From Candidatus Omnitrophota bacterium (GTDB lineage Bacteria; Omnitrophota; Gorgyraeia; Gygaellales; Profunditerraquicolaceae): a stretch of DNA of 64,000 nt. The stretch spans positions 138,133-202,132 of the forward strand of contig QZKH01000002.1 of NCBI GenBank assembly GCA_003598025.1, given 5' to 3'. Below the pieces are notes generated by a model. That model had not been told where the DNA came from. It saw only the letters and a program-made list of their open reading frames with translations, and made no database searches. Positions 28,958-38,674 of this stretch are shown piece by piece. The number at the start of each line of letters is the position of its first letter. The first letter of the stretch is position 1. The position numbers and the translations under genes are program-made.

Positions 28958-28986
28958 TTGACAATTAGGTTTCTCTAATTTATAAT
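28958..28986 (+). promoter_or_regulatory. Sigma70-type promoter of the TonB-dependent receptor gene
   Basis: TTGACA (28958..28963), 17 nt, TATAAT (28981..28986). Confidence 0.55.
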
Positions 28987-28993
28987 CGCTCTT

Positions 28994-30790
28994 ATGCTGA
29001 AATTAAAAGTAAGGGCGGTTTTTTTTAGTTTTATTTTGTTGTTTATCAGTTCATATGCCCGGGCTGATTTCAGCCAGGAACTTGAGCCCATTGTAATTAC
29101 TAAATCCAGGGTTCACCTTCTGCATCCTTTCACCCTGAGCCAGGATGCCCAAGAAACAGCATTATTCGGCTCTTTCATCCAAGAACTGCAAAAGCTGCCT
29201 TTAGACCTTCAAAGCCGTTCTCCTCTGGGAACGGTACAAACTGATTTTTCTTTGCGAGGCTCAACATTCCAGGGTGTTTTAATGCTCTTAAATGGACAGC
29301 GAATAAATGACCCCCAGACAGCGCACCATAATTCCGATATCCCGCTCACTAAAGAGGATATCCAGGGCATAGAAGTAATCCCGGGAGTCGGGTCTTCTAT
29401 TTACGGCCCCGATGCAATTGGCGGTGCAATAAATATAAACATAAAAGAGCCAGAGGCTAACCATACGGTTTTAGAGTCTGCCATAGGTAATTATCAATCC
29501 GGCTACGGCCTTTTTAGCCTTTCCCGCAAGAATGATACTTCAGGGATAAGGTTTTCATTACAACGCGATGAATCTACGGGATTTTATACTGATACGGATA
29601 GTAAAGCCTTTACTACGTCTTTATCCGCTAAACACGGTTTTGATAGAGGTAAGTTTAATTTTTTTATGGGATACCAGGAGAAAGAGTTTGGCGCCTATGA
29701 TTTTTATACGCCTTATAGCGGATATTTATCAAAAGAGTGGACAAAAACCTATTTATTAAATACAGGCTCGGACTTTGATATGGATGGATTAATAATAAGG
29801 CCTAATGTAATATGGCGCAGGCACTATGATAAATTTGAGCTTGATAAAACTCATACCCGGAGTAACTATCTCAACCATCACCGCACGGATATGTATACGC
29901 CTGGTATATATTTCCAGAAAGAAACCCGTAATTTAGGCAAGTTGGGAGCGGGATTTGAATACGGCCAGGAGATTATTAATTCAACAAATCTCGGTAAACA
30001 CGACCGTCAGCATAAAAGCGTATTTTTTGATGACAGTGTCAATTTGTTTGAAAATGTTTTATTCGGCTTATCGGCAAGAATAGACGATTATGATAGTTTT
30101 GATGAAGTTGCAACCGGTTCAATATCTATGCGTTATATCCTTGATAAAATTAATTCTTTTTCGCTTGGATTATCGAAAAGCACACGCATACCTTCATTTA
30201 CTGAACTTTATTATAGTGATCCTGTGACGCTTGGCAACCCTGGGCTTTCGGCTGAGGAATCACTTAATTATCAATTAGGATATGATTTTAACAACGGAGC
30301 TTACCAGGCCGGGATGCAGGTTTTTTTCAGGGAAGAAGAGGATTTTATAGACTGGGTTAAGCGTTCGCCTCTCCAAGCTAAGTGGCAGGTTGAAAATATC
30401 TCCAATGCGCAGGTTTCAGGATTAGAGAGTTATTTTAATTCCAGGTTAAATGATTTAGTCAAGATTGAGTCTAACTATGCTTATATCAATAAGCGCATAC
30501 AGGATGATGGTCTCTTGTATAAATACGGGCCTAATTATATGCGGCATTTGGTAAATATCTATTCTATCTTCGGCTTTGATTTCGGCCAGCAGGTAATCGG
30601 TTTCACCTACAAGAAAAAACCGGGAAGGCGCGGCTGGCTTATAATGAATACAGCCTTTAGCTATGATATTAACAGAAATTGCAAGCTCTTCTTTAAAGTA
30701 TCCAACTTACTCAATGTCGAATACCAGGAAATCGCAGGCATACCTCAACCCGGCAGGTCATTTGAGGCAGGGGTGAGATTTAAGTGGTAG
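28994..30790 (+). CDS. TonB-dependent outer-membrane receptor
   Basis: Signal peptide, plug domain (GVGSSIYGPDAIGGAININ), then a beta-barrel with a C-terminal aromatic residue. Confidence 0.8.
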   Translation: MLKLKVRAVFFSFILLFISSYARADFSQELEPIVITKSRVHLLHPFTLSQDAQETALFGSFIQELQKLPLDLQSRSPLGTVQTDFSLRGSTFQGVLMLLNGQRINDPQTAHHNSDIPLTKEDIQGIEVIPGVGSSIYGPDAIGGAININIKEPEANHTVLESAIGNYQSGYGLFSLSRKNDTSGIRFSLQRDESTGFYTDTDSKAFTTSLSAKHGFDRGKFNFFMGYQEKEFGAYDFYTPYSGYLSKEWTKTYLLNTGSDFDMDGLIIRPNVIWRRHYDKFELDKTHTRSNYLNHHRTDMYTPGIYFQKETRNLGKLGAGFEYGQEIINSTNLGKHDRQHKSVFFDDSVNLFENVLFGLSARIDDYDSFDEVATGSISMRYILDKINSFSLGLSKSTRIPSFTELYYSDPVTLGNPGLSAEESLNYQLGYDFNNGAYQAGMQVFFREEEDFIDWVKRSPLQAKWQVENISNAQVSGLESYFNSRLNDLVKIESNYAYINKRIQDDGLLYKYGPNYMRHLVNIYSIFGFDFGQQVIGFTYKKKPGRRGWLIMNTAFSYDINRNCKLFFKVSNLLNVEYQEIAGIPQPGRSFEAGVRFKW

Positions 30791-30804
30791 AAGTAGATTA
30801 GTCC

Positions 30805-30870
30805 ACTGTTCACAGATTACGGTTCATAGAATATTTATGTGAACTGCACACCATGAACTGTGAACTATAT
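30805..30870. repeat. GTTCAYAG octamer repeats in direct and inverted orientation
   Basis: tgttcacag, ggttcatag, gtgaactg, atgaactgtgaactat. Lies upstream of the ppiase promoter (TTGCAT-16-TATAAT at 30877..30898). Confidence 0.6.
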
Positions 30871-30910
30871 AAATAATTGCATTTCAATCTATCGCTGATA
30901 TAATATCCCT

Positions 30911-31447
30911 ATGAAAAAGCTGCTGTTTTTTTCTATTCTTTCTTTAGCTTTTTTTGCCACCCGCGGCTTTGCAGAAGGAGGAGATATCGTGGTATTAGAA
31001 ACCAACCAAGGCAGGATTGAAATAAAACTTATGCCTGATATAGCGCCTAAGGCATGCCAGAATTTTAGAACGCTTGTTGAAGAAGGATATTATAACGGCT
31101 TAATCTTTCATCGGGTCATCAAGGGTTTTATGATACAAGGAGGAGACCCTACAGGTACAGGTATGGGAGGGGTTTCTATCTGGGGTAAGCCTTTTGCGGA
31201 TGAAGTGAGTATTAATGTTGCATTTGATAAGCCGGGGTTGGTCGCTATGGCTAATTCCGGGCCGAATACAAATATGAGCCAGTTTTTTATTACCACAGCC
31301 ATGACCCCATGGCTTAATATGCGCCATACAATATTTGGCGAGGTAATTTCAGGTTATGATGTTGTCCAGAATATTGAGAATGTAGCTACAGACGCCTCTA
31401 ATAAGCCTATCACCAGGCAAGTGATAACAAAAGCTTATTTGAAATAA
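30911..31447 (+). CDS. Cyclophilin-type peptidyl-prolyl cis-trans isomerase, secreted
   Basis: Signal peptide and FHRVIKGFMIQGGDPTGTG. Confidence 0.9.
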   Translation: MKKLLFFSILSLAFFATRGFAEGGDIVVLETNQGRIEIKLMPDIAPKACQNFRTLVEEGYYNGLIFHRVIKGFMIQGGDPTGTGMGGVSIWGKPFADEVSINVAFDKPGLVAMANSGPNTNMSQFFITTAMTPWLNMRHTIFGEVISGYDVVQNIENVATDASNKPITRQVITKAYLK

Positions 31448-31496
31448 TGCCCGTCGTTTCTTAACCCTCTTCTAAGTTAAGCACCGGAAAATTTAA

Positions 31497-33521
31497 ATGG
31501 CTAAAGTCATAGATTATTCCAGCGAGTTAAATAAAGCCCAATTACAGGCTGTTGAGTCTACCCGGGGGCCGTATCTGGTTATAGCCGGAGCAGGCAGCGG
31601 CAAGACAAGGGTATTGGTATATAGGGTCGCCTATCTGGTTGAAAACGGGGTAAGCCCGGAAGAGATACTCTTGCTTACTTTTACGCGCAAGGCTGCTGAG
31701 GAGATGCTCAGGCGCGCAAGTTTATTATTGGATAACCGTTGCCAGAGGGTCTCAGGCGGGACTTTTCATTCTTTCGCCAACCTGATGCTCAGGAGGTATG
31801 CCAAATTCCTGAGTATGCCGTCTAACTTTACCATATTAGACCAATCTGATGCCGAAGACGCCATCAATCTTATGCGTGCGCAGCTGGGGCTCAATAAGAC
31901 AGAAAAGCGTTTCCCGCGCAAAAAAGCCGTTCATGAAATAATTTCAAAGAGCATTAATAAGGCACAACCGATTGAAGATGTGCTATATGAAGAATACCCT
32001 CATTTTATGGAATGGACGGAGGAGATAAAAAATATCAGGGACAGCTATAATAAATATAAGGCGTCTAAATTCCTTCTGGACTATGACGATCTGCTGATAT
32101 ATTTCAGGGACCTTCTTGTTAAGAATGAAGATATCCGTGTCAAACTTTCCAAAAGATTTAAATATATTATGGTGGATGAGTACCAGGATACAAATAAGCT
32201 GCAGGCTTTTATAGCCTGTTTATTAGCAAGCGAGCACCATAATATTATGGTCGTAGGTGATGATGCGCAGAGTATTTATTCTTTTAGAGGCGCCAATTTC
32301 AGGAATATACTCGATTTCCCGAAGATCTTCAAGGAAGCCAAAATCATTACCCTTGAAGAGAATTACCGTTCGACACAGAAGATACTCAATCTTACTAATG
32401 ATGTCATACGTTATTCTAAGGAAGGGTTTGAAAAGAACCTCTACACCAAGAGAAAAGGCGGCTCAAAGCCTGTTTATATTGAGACAAGAGATGAGAACGG
32501 CCAATCAAAGTTTATCGCCGATAAGATACTTGAGCTAAGGGAAGAAGGCGTAGAGCTTAAAGATATAGCTGTATTGTTCCGTTCAGGATGGCATTCTAAC
32601 GATTTAGAGATAGAACTTTCTTCAAGGGATATACCTTTTGCTAAATACGGAGGGCAGAAGTTTGTAGAGGCAGCGCATATAAAAGATATAGTTTCGTATC
32701 TGAGGATCATGCATAATGCAAGCGATGAAATAAGCTGGCACAGAATACTCCTTTTAATGAGAGGCGTCGGCTCAAAGACAGCTACTCAGATTATTAATGA
32801 GATATTGGTGCATAAACAGTATTCCGGGATAGATTCAAAGTTTACCAGGAAAATAGAAGACCTTAGGGCGCTCTTTGAGATATTTCACGGGTTAGATGAT
32901 TGCTCTTTGACCAAACCCGCGGAGCTTATACGTATTTTTATGAAGCATTATGAGCCGCTGCTTAAGGAGAAATACGATGATTTTAATAAGAGGTTAGGCG
33001 ATTTGGATTCTTTAATAAGGATAGCTTCCAGGTATGATTCGCTTGAGAATTTCCTTGTAGACTTAGCACTCGAGCCTCCGGAGAGAAACATAATAGAAGC
33101 AGGCTTAAGAGATAAAGATGATTCCGGAGTTACTTTGTCCACGATACATTCTGCTAAAGGCCTTGAATGGCATACTGTTTTCATAATCTACGTTGCTGAA
33201 GGGCACCTGCCTTCTTATTTAAGCCTTGAAGACGAAGAAGCTATAGAGGAAGAACGAAGATTGTTTTATGTCGCATCAACCCGGGCAAAAGAGAACCTGT
33301 TTTTGTTAAAACCGCATATTGACAGAGCCCCCAGGAATTATTTTGATAATGCAGGTTCTGTGATAACCGAGGTATCCCGTTTTTTGCGGGAGGCAGATAT
33401 CATGGATAAACACCTTGATATATTAGAGATGCAGCACTATGCGGAGCATAACTACGCGACCGGCAAAAACGGAATGCTGGAGATGATGAAAGACTATTTT
33501 CGTTATATCGATGATATTTAA
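31497..33521 (+). CDS. UvrD/PcrA/Rep-family ATP-dependent DNA helicase
   Basis: Walker A AGAGSGKTRVL, DEYQDTN, and motifs through to the C-terminal VASTRAKE. Confidence 0.9.
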   Translation: MAKVIDYSSELNKAQLQAVESTRGPYLVIAGAGSGKTRVLVYRVAYLVENGVSPEEILLLTFTRKAAEEMLRRASLLLDNRCQRVSGGTFHSFANLMLRRYAKFLSMPSNFTILDQSDAEDAINLMRAQLGLNKTEKRFPRKKAVHEIISKSINKAQPIEDVLYEEYPHFMEWTEEIKNIRDSYNKYKASKFLLDYDDLLIYFRDLLVKNEDIRVKLSKRFKYIMVDEYQDTNKLQAFIACLLASEHHNIMVVGDDAQSIYSFRGANFRNILDFPKIFKEAKIITLEENYRSTQKILNLTNDVIRYSKEGFEKNLYTKRKGGSKPVYIETRDENGQSKFIADKILELREEGVELKDIAVLFRSGWHSNDLEIELSSRDIPFAKYGGQKFVEAAHIKDIVSYLRIMHNASDEISWHRILLLMRGVGSKTATQIINEILVHKQYSGIDSKFTRKIEDLRALFEIFHGLDDCSLTKPAELIRIFMKHYEPLLKEKYDDFNKRLGDLDSLIRIASRYDSLENFLVDLALEPPERNIIEAGLRDKDDSGVTLSTIHSAKGLEWHTVFIIYVAEGHLPSYLSLEDEEAIEEERRLFYVASTRAKENLFLLKPHIDRAPRNYFDNAGSVITEVSRFLREADIMDKHLDILEMQHYAEHNYATGKNGMLEMMKDYFRYIDDI

Positions 33522-33534
33522 CTTATAATATAAG

Positions 33535-34632
33535 ATGAAGAAAAGAGTAGTGGTAGCCATGAGCGGGGGGGTTGATTCTTCAGTTGCTGCTGCCCTTCTT
33601 TGCGGCAAAGGCTATGAAGTTATCGGCCTTACAATGTGTTTCAATTTATCTGAAGAGGGTAAGAGGCGCAGGATCCCATGCTGCGGTATTGAAGGCATAG
33701 AGGATGCAAGAAGGGTCGCACACAAGCTTAAGATCAGGCATTACGTTGTTAATATGCAAAAGTATTTGAAAAGATACGTTATTGATGATTTTATCCAGGA
33801 ATATTCTGCAGGCAGGACTCCTAATCCTTGCGTCAGGTGTAATCAATTCCTTAAATTTGATATATTGTTGAAGAAGGCACTTTCTTTGGATGCAGAATAT
33901 CTTGCTACCGGGCATTATGCGCGCATCGAAAAAGTCACCAGCCGTCAGCCGTCAGCCGTCAGCTTTAAGCTAAGAAAAGGCAAAGATAAGAATAAAGATC
34001 AGTCTTATTTTCTCTATCGATTGAATCAGGCGCAATTAAAACACATATTATTCCCTTTGGGGGGCTATACAAAACAGGAAGTAAGAAGCTTGGCTAGAGA
34101 TTTTGGTTTAGCTGTTGCTGATAAGGCAGGGAGCCAGGAGATATGCTTTTTACCGGATGATGATTACAGAGTTTTTATAAAGGGGAAAATTAAAGGCGAT
34201 GCCACAGGGGATATTATAGATGGCAAAGGTAACATATTGGGCAGACATAGGGGTATAGCCTATTATACTATAGGCCAAAGGCAGGGTTTAGGGATTGCTT
34301 TAGGTTACCCTGCATATATAATTGGCATCGAAGCCAAAACTAACAGGATAATAATCGGGCCAAAAGCCCAGGCTTTAAGCAAGTCTTTTATGGTGAAAGA
34401 ATGCCATTTTATAGCCGATTTCCCGGAAAAGAAGATTGCTGCAAAAGTCAAGATAAGGTATAATCACAAAGAGGCTCCTGCGGATATCTATCCTATGGGT
34501 GAAAAAATAAGAGTAGCTTTTAAAAAAGCGCAGTTTGCCGTTACTTGCGGGCAGTCGGCTGTTTTTTATGACAAGGATACTGTTTTAGGCGGCGGGATTA
34601 TAGATTGCATTCAGGAGAGAAAGGAAAAATGA
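33535..34632 (+). CDS. mnmA: tRNA-specific 2-thiouridylase
   Basis: PP-loop AMSGGVDSS and catalytic Cys residues; 365 aa. Confidence 0.9.
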   Translation: MKKRVVVAMSGGVDSSVAAALLCGKGYEVIGLTMCFNLSEEGKRRRIPCCGIEGIEDARRVAHKLKIRHYVVNMQKYLKRYVIDDFIQEYSAGRTPNPCVRCNQFLKFDILLKKALSLDAEYLATGHYARIEKVTSRQPSAVSFKLRKGKDKNKDQSYFLYRLNQAQLKHILFPLGGYTKQEVRSLARDFGLAVADKAGSQEICFLPDDDYRVFIKGKIKGDATGDIIDGKGNILGRHRGIAYYTIGQRQGLGIALGYPAYIIGIEAKTNRIIIGPKAQALSKSFMVKECHFIADFPEKKIAAKVKIRYNHKEAPADIYPMGEKIRVAFKKAQFAVTCGQSAVFYDKDTVLGGGIIDCIQERKEK

Positions 34633-35552
34633 GCAAAATAAGTTTTAGAAATGACCTTCAGAAGAAAATAAAGGATTTAAAGAAGAAGCGTAATGCGGTT
34701 ATTCTGGCCCACAACTATCAGTTGCCCGAAGTCCAGGATGTCGCTGATATAAGAGGGGATTCCCTGGAATTAAGCAGGGCTGCGGCAAAGACTGATGCCG
34801 AAGTGATAATTTTTTGCGGGGTCCATTTCATGGCTGAAACAGCATCTATCCTTTGCCCGGATAAAAAAGTGATCGTGCCTGATATTAATGCGGGCTGCCC
34901 GATGGCAAATATGCTGACCGCGCAGGATTTAAGAAAGCTAAAAGAAAAGCATCCTGGCGCAGTAGTAATAGGCTATGTTAATACATCCGCAGAAGTTAAA
35001 GCCGAGCTTGATGTTTGCAGTACATCCACAAACGCTATTGCCGTTGTAAACGCCTTCAAGGATAAGAAAGATATTATTTTTGTGCCTGATAAATGCCTCA
35101 CCGATTATGTCTCAAGGAAAACAGGGAAAAAACTTATATCCTGGAATGGTTTCTGTCCCACTCATGTAAAGATCATGCCGGAAGATATCACAAGAGAAAA
35201 GAAATTCCATCCTAAAGCCAAGGTCATAGTTCATCCTGAATGCCTGCCTTCTGTGGTTGACCTGGCAGATGCTGTGTTATCAACGAGCCAGATGGCTAAA
35301 TTTGCAAAAGATAGCGATGCTAAAGAGTTTATTATAGGCACGGAAGTCGGTTTAATTTACCGTTTAAAACAGGATAACCCCAATAAGGAATTTTATCCTG
35401 CTTCAGAGCGGGCAGTCTGCCCTAATATGAAGAGGACCACTCAGGAGAAGATACTTTGGGCTTTGGAAGAGTTGCAGACAGAAGTAAAGGTGCCTGATGT
35501 TATAAGAATGCGCGCAAAGAAGGCAATTGATAAAATGCTCGAAATAATCTAG
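34629..35552 (+). CDS. nadA: Quinolinate synthase
   Basis: NadA family (ILAHNYQ, FCGVHFMAET). Start ATG 34629 overlaps the mnmA stop (ATGA). Confidence 0.9.
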   Translation: MSKISFRNDLQKKIKDLKKKRNAVILAHNYQLPEVQDVADIRGDSLELSRAAAKTDAEVIIFCGVHFMAETASILCPDKKVIVPDINAGCPMANMLTAQDLRKLKEKHPGAVVIGYVNTSAEVKAELDVCSTSTNAIAVVNAFKDKKDIIFVPDKCLTDYVSRKTGKKLISWNGFCPTHVKIMPEDITREKKFHPKAKVIVHPECLPSVVDLADAVLSTSQMAKFAKDSDAKEFIIGTEVGLIYRLKQDNPNKEFYPASERAVCPNMKRTTQEKILWALEELQTEVKVPDVIRMRAKKAIDKMLEII

Positions 35553-35554
35553 TA

Positions 35555-36196
35555 ATGCTTAAACTTTCTCCTTCCAGCCTTAACCTGTTCGTTGATTGTC
35601 CGAGATGTTTCTGGCTTTATGTAAATAAAAATATAAAAAGGCCGGGGCCTCCTGTGGCTTCTATTGCCAGCGGGTTAGACAGGGTCCTTAAGGCATACTT
35701 TGATACATTCAGGAAAAATGGAAACCTCCCGCCGTTTTTATCAGGCAAAATACCGGGGAAATTAATGCTGGATATGCCTAAGAAGGGCTGGTTGGATTTT
35801 TATGACCCTGAGCTTGAGGCAAAATTGGGCGGATATTTGGATGAATGCATACATCTGGACGATGGTAAATATGCGGTATTAGACCATAAGACAAGGGGCA
35901 GCGCGCCTCAAGAGGTCCACCGGTCTTATCAGCTTCAAATGGATGCCTATACTTTCCTCCTTGAACAAAATAATTTGCCGACAAACAGGACAGCCTATAT
36001 TGTTTATTATATACCAGAGAAGATAGGTTCTTTAAAAGAAGTGAGTTTTGATTTTATTCTAAAAGAACTTAAAACTGACCCCGAGAGGGCTGAAGATATT
36101 TTCCATAGCGCCGTAAATACGCTTGCTTCTGCCATCCCGGAAGTAAATAAAAACTGTGATTTTTGTAAATGGCTTGATACATCAGGTGTAAAATGA
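35555..36196 (+). CDS. PD-(D/E)XK (RecB/Cas4-like) nuclease-superfamily protein with a 2+2 Cys cluster
   Basis: N-terminal CPRC, nuclease motifs VLDHKTRG (D-x-K) and QLQMDAYTFLL (QxxxY), C-terminal CDFC. Confidence 0.5.
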   Translation: MLKLSPSSLNLFVDCPRCFWLYVNKNIKRPGPPVASIASGLDRVLKAYFDTFRKNGNLPPFLSGKIPGKLMLDMPKKGWLDFYDPELEAKLGGYLDECIHLDDGKYAVLDHKTRGSAPQEVHRSYQLQMDAYTFLLEQNNLPTNRTAYIVYYIPEKIGSLKEVSFDFILKELKTDPERAEDIFHSAVNTLASAIPEVNKNCDFCKWLDTSGVK

Positions 36197-36819
36197 ACAT
36201 AGAGGTTGTATACGAGGACGATTGGCTATTGATTATAAACAAGCCATCAGGGATGCTCACTATCCCTGCTCCCGGTAAAATAAATAATACCGCTACTGAT
36301 ATACTGAATAAAGATGCGCTAAACAAGAATAAGGCCTATCGCCTGCATCCATGCCACAGGCTTGATAAGGAGACCTCCGGCTTATTGATTTACGCAAAAG
36401 GAAAATCTACCCAGTCTAAAATAATGCGGATTTTTAAGGAAAGAAAGATAAAGAAGGCTTATCTTGCTTTGGTAAGCGGGAATTTATCCAGGCCTCAGGG
36501 CAGGATAAGTTTTCCCGTTGATAGCCAGAGTGCTGTTACCGATTACCGGGTTAAAGAGCACAGAAACGGTTATGATATAGTCCAGGTTTATCCTTTAACA
36601 GGCAGGAAGAACCAGATAAGGATACACTTTAAACGGATAAATCATCCGGTCCTTGGAGAAAGAAAATACGCTTTTGGAAAGGATTTTAAAATAAAGGCTA
36701 ACAGACTTTGCCTGCATGCATCATCTCTTGAATTCGTGCATCCGGTAACCGGCAGGCACATAAAAGCAACCGCCCCCGTGCCCAAAGCGATGGAGTCTTT
36801 TATTAACGCGCATAACTAA
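36193..36819 (+). CDS. RluA-family pseudouridine synthase
   Basis: Catalytic HRLDKETSGLLIYAK motif; no S4 domain. Confidence 0.85.
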   Translation: MNIEVVYEDDWLLIINKPSGMLTIPAPGKINNTATDILNKDALNKNKAYRLHPCHRLDKETSGLLIYAKGKSTQSKIMRIFKERKIKKAYLALVSGNLSRPQGRISFPVDSQSAVTDYRVKEHRNGYDIVQVYPLTGRKNQIRIHFKRINHPVLGERKYAFGKDFKIKANRLCLHASSLEFVHPVTGRHIKATAPVPKAMESFINAHN

Positions 36820-36823
36820 CATA

Positions 36824-38647
36824 ATGAAAATATCCATAAAGTCTTTTGTCGTATTTCTGGCGCTTGCGGTAGTTTTATTTTTTGCCTGGTATAAATTTTC
36901 TTATCCGCGGTTTGTCTTAGTCGACCTTTCCGTAGATAAAACACAGGCAGTATCAATCGCTGAATCCTACCTGCGTTCAGAGGGTGTCAATCCGGAACAT
37001 TATTCCACTTCGGTTGCCTTTAATTACGACAGGTGGGCCGACCGTTATCTGCAGAAAACCATCGGGTTCAATAATAGGAAAGATTTCATAGAGAAGGAAG
37101 GGTACGACCTTTTTTATTGGACAGTCAGATTCTTCAAAGAGTTCCAGAAAGAAGAATTTGATGTAAAACTAAGTTCTAAAACCGGGCAGATTATCGGATT
37201 CAGGCACCAGATCGAAGATATCGAGCCGAGAGCTGATTTAGGGAGCGATGATTCAAAGCGCATAGCTGAAAATTTTCTAAAAGAACATTACCAGATAGAT
37301 TTAGGTGCATACGATATACATAAAGCGGAGGTTAAGAAATATGACGCCCGCCATGATTATATCTATTCCTGGGAAAAGTCAGGAGTTTATATCCCCTGGT
37401 CCAATGACGAGGGTGGCGCAAAACTGATAACGGGAGTAACCATCTCTGGGAAAGAAGTCCGTGAGTTCTCCGTGAAAGGCCTGGAGATACCGGAGAAATT
37501 CCAGCGTTACATCCAGAGGCAGCTTTTATTCGGCCAGCATTTATCAAGTTTCTCCTTTATCCTTCTAGTTATATTCCTTATTTTTTCCGTATATACAGTT
37601 GTTAGGAAGAAACATACAGTTGTTGTGCGCTCAACAAAGAAGCTGTACATATATATCGCCCTTGTCCTGGCAGGATTGCATTTGATTAATACCGCCAATA
37701 ATTTCCAGGTCATATTGATGGATTACGATACAAGCGTAAGTATATTATCTTATCTTTGGCTTGCTATATCCAGATCGGTTATCTTTATTTTTATAATCAG
37801 CATATTGTTTATTTTCCCCGGCCTGGCAGGAGAAGCGCTAAAAAACGAAGATAACAGTTTAAATAAATCTACTTCCCTGTATTATTACCTAAAGACTACA
37901 TTTTTATCCAGGGATGTTTGTGCTTCGGTAATGTTCGGTTATTTGATTTTTCTGATAATACTCGGCGCCCAGGCTGTTTTGTTTTTTCTTGGGCAGAGGT
38001 ACATGGGGGTTTGGCAGGAGTGGAACAGCCTTACCCGGTTCTCAAATGCCTATATACCTTTTTTGAGCGCTTTTATAATCGGCATAAGCGCAGGCCTTAA
38101 TGAAGAGATAGCATTCCGTTTATTCGGCATAAATTGGGTTAACAGGTATGTCCGCAGCATCCCGTTGGCTATTTTGGTAACTTCAGTATTCTGGGGTTTT
38201 GGCCATGCAAGTTATCCGATATTCCCTGTTTGGTTTAGAGGCATAGAGGTGACTATTATCGGCTTGTTCTTAGGGTTTGTGTATGTCAGGTATGGGTTGC
38301 TGACTGTTATAATTGCGCATTACTTAATTGATGTCTTCTTTGGCGTCTCAGCATATATCTTAGGCAGGAGCTCTTTTCTGCTTGCGGCTAGTTCAGTATT
38401 TGTTTTAGCCATACCTTTCATTTTCGCCTTGGCAGCTTTCATCTTTAACAGAAACGCCGAAGAAAAAAATATTGAGTTAGCTTTAGATAAAATTCAGAGT
38501 TATAATTTAGGGATTCTTGTTACGTATATATCGCGAAAAAAGCATGATGGTGTATCTGAAGCCCGGATAAAAGATGAACTTTTGGAGAATAACTGGGATT
38601 CAGATATAGTTGAAGCCGGGCTAAGAAAAGTTTTCGGCGGTAAATGA
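36824..38647 (+). CDS. Membrane protein with a C-terminal CPBP (CAAX-protease/Abi-like) intramembrane metalloprotease domain
   Basis: CPBP motifs EEIAFRLF (EExxxR), FWGFGHASY (FxxxH), IAHYLIDVFF (HxxxD). Large N-terminal extracytoplasmic domain. Confidence 0.6.
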   Translation: MKISIKSFVVFLALAVVLFFAWYKFSYPRFVLVDLSVDKTQAVSIAESYLRSEGVNPEHYSTSVAFNYDRWADRYLQKTIGFNNRKDFIEKEGYDLFYWTVRFFKEFQKEEFDVKLSSKTGQIIGFRHQIEDIEPRADLGSDDSKRIAENFLKEHYQIDLGAYDIHKAEVKKYDARHDYIYSWEKSGVYIPWSNDEGGAKLITGVTISGKEVREFSVKGLEIPEKFQRYIQRQLLFGQHLSSFSFILLVIFLIFSVYTVVRKKHTVVVRSTKKLYIYIALVLAGLHLINTANNFQVILMDYDTSVSILSYLWLAISRSVIFIFIISILFIFPGLAGEALKNEDNSLNKSTSLYYYLKTTFLSRDVCASVMFGYLIFLIILGAQAVLFFLGQRYMGVWQEWNSLTRFSNAYIPFLSAFIIGISAGLNEEIAFRLFGINWVNRYVRSIPLAILVTSVFWGFGHASYPIFPVWFRGIEVTIIGLFLGFVYVRYGLLTVIIAHYLIDVFFGVSAYILGRSSFLLAASSVFVLAIPFIFALAAFIFNRNAEEKNIELALDKIQSYNLGILVTYISRKKHDGVSEARIKDELLENNWDSDIVEAGLRKVFGGK

Positions 38648-38674
38648 TTTTATAACTTCACGGAGGCAGTTTTT

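Noticed and set aside
28933-28993. Possible cobalamin or other riboswitch upstream of the TonB-dependent receptor
   Set aside because: Only about 60 nt of leader, occupied by a near-consensus TTGACA-17-TATAAT promoter. No B12-box or aptamer-like structure.
30805-30870. GTTCATAG repeat arrays as a CRISPR array
   Set aside because: Units are 8 bp with no unique spacers and no cas genes. They are tandem binding-site-like repeats, not CRISPR.
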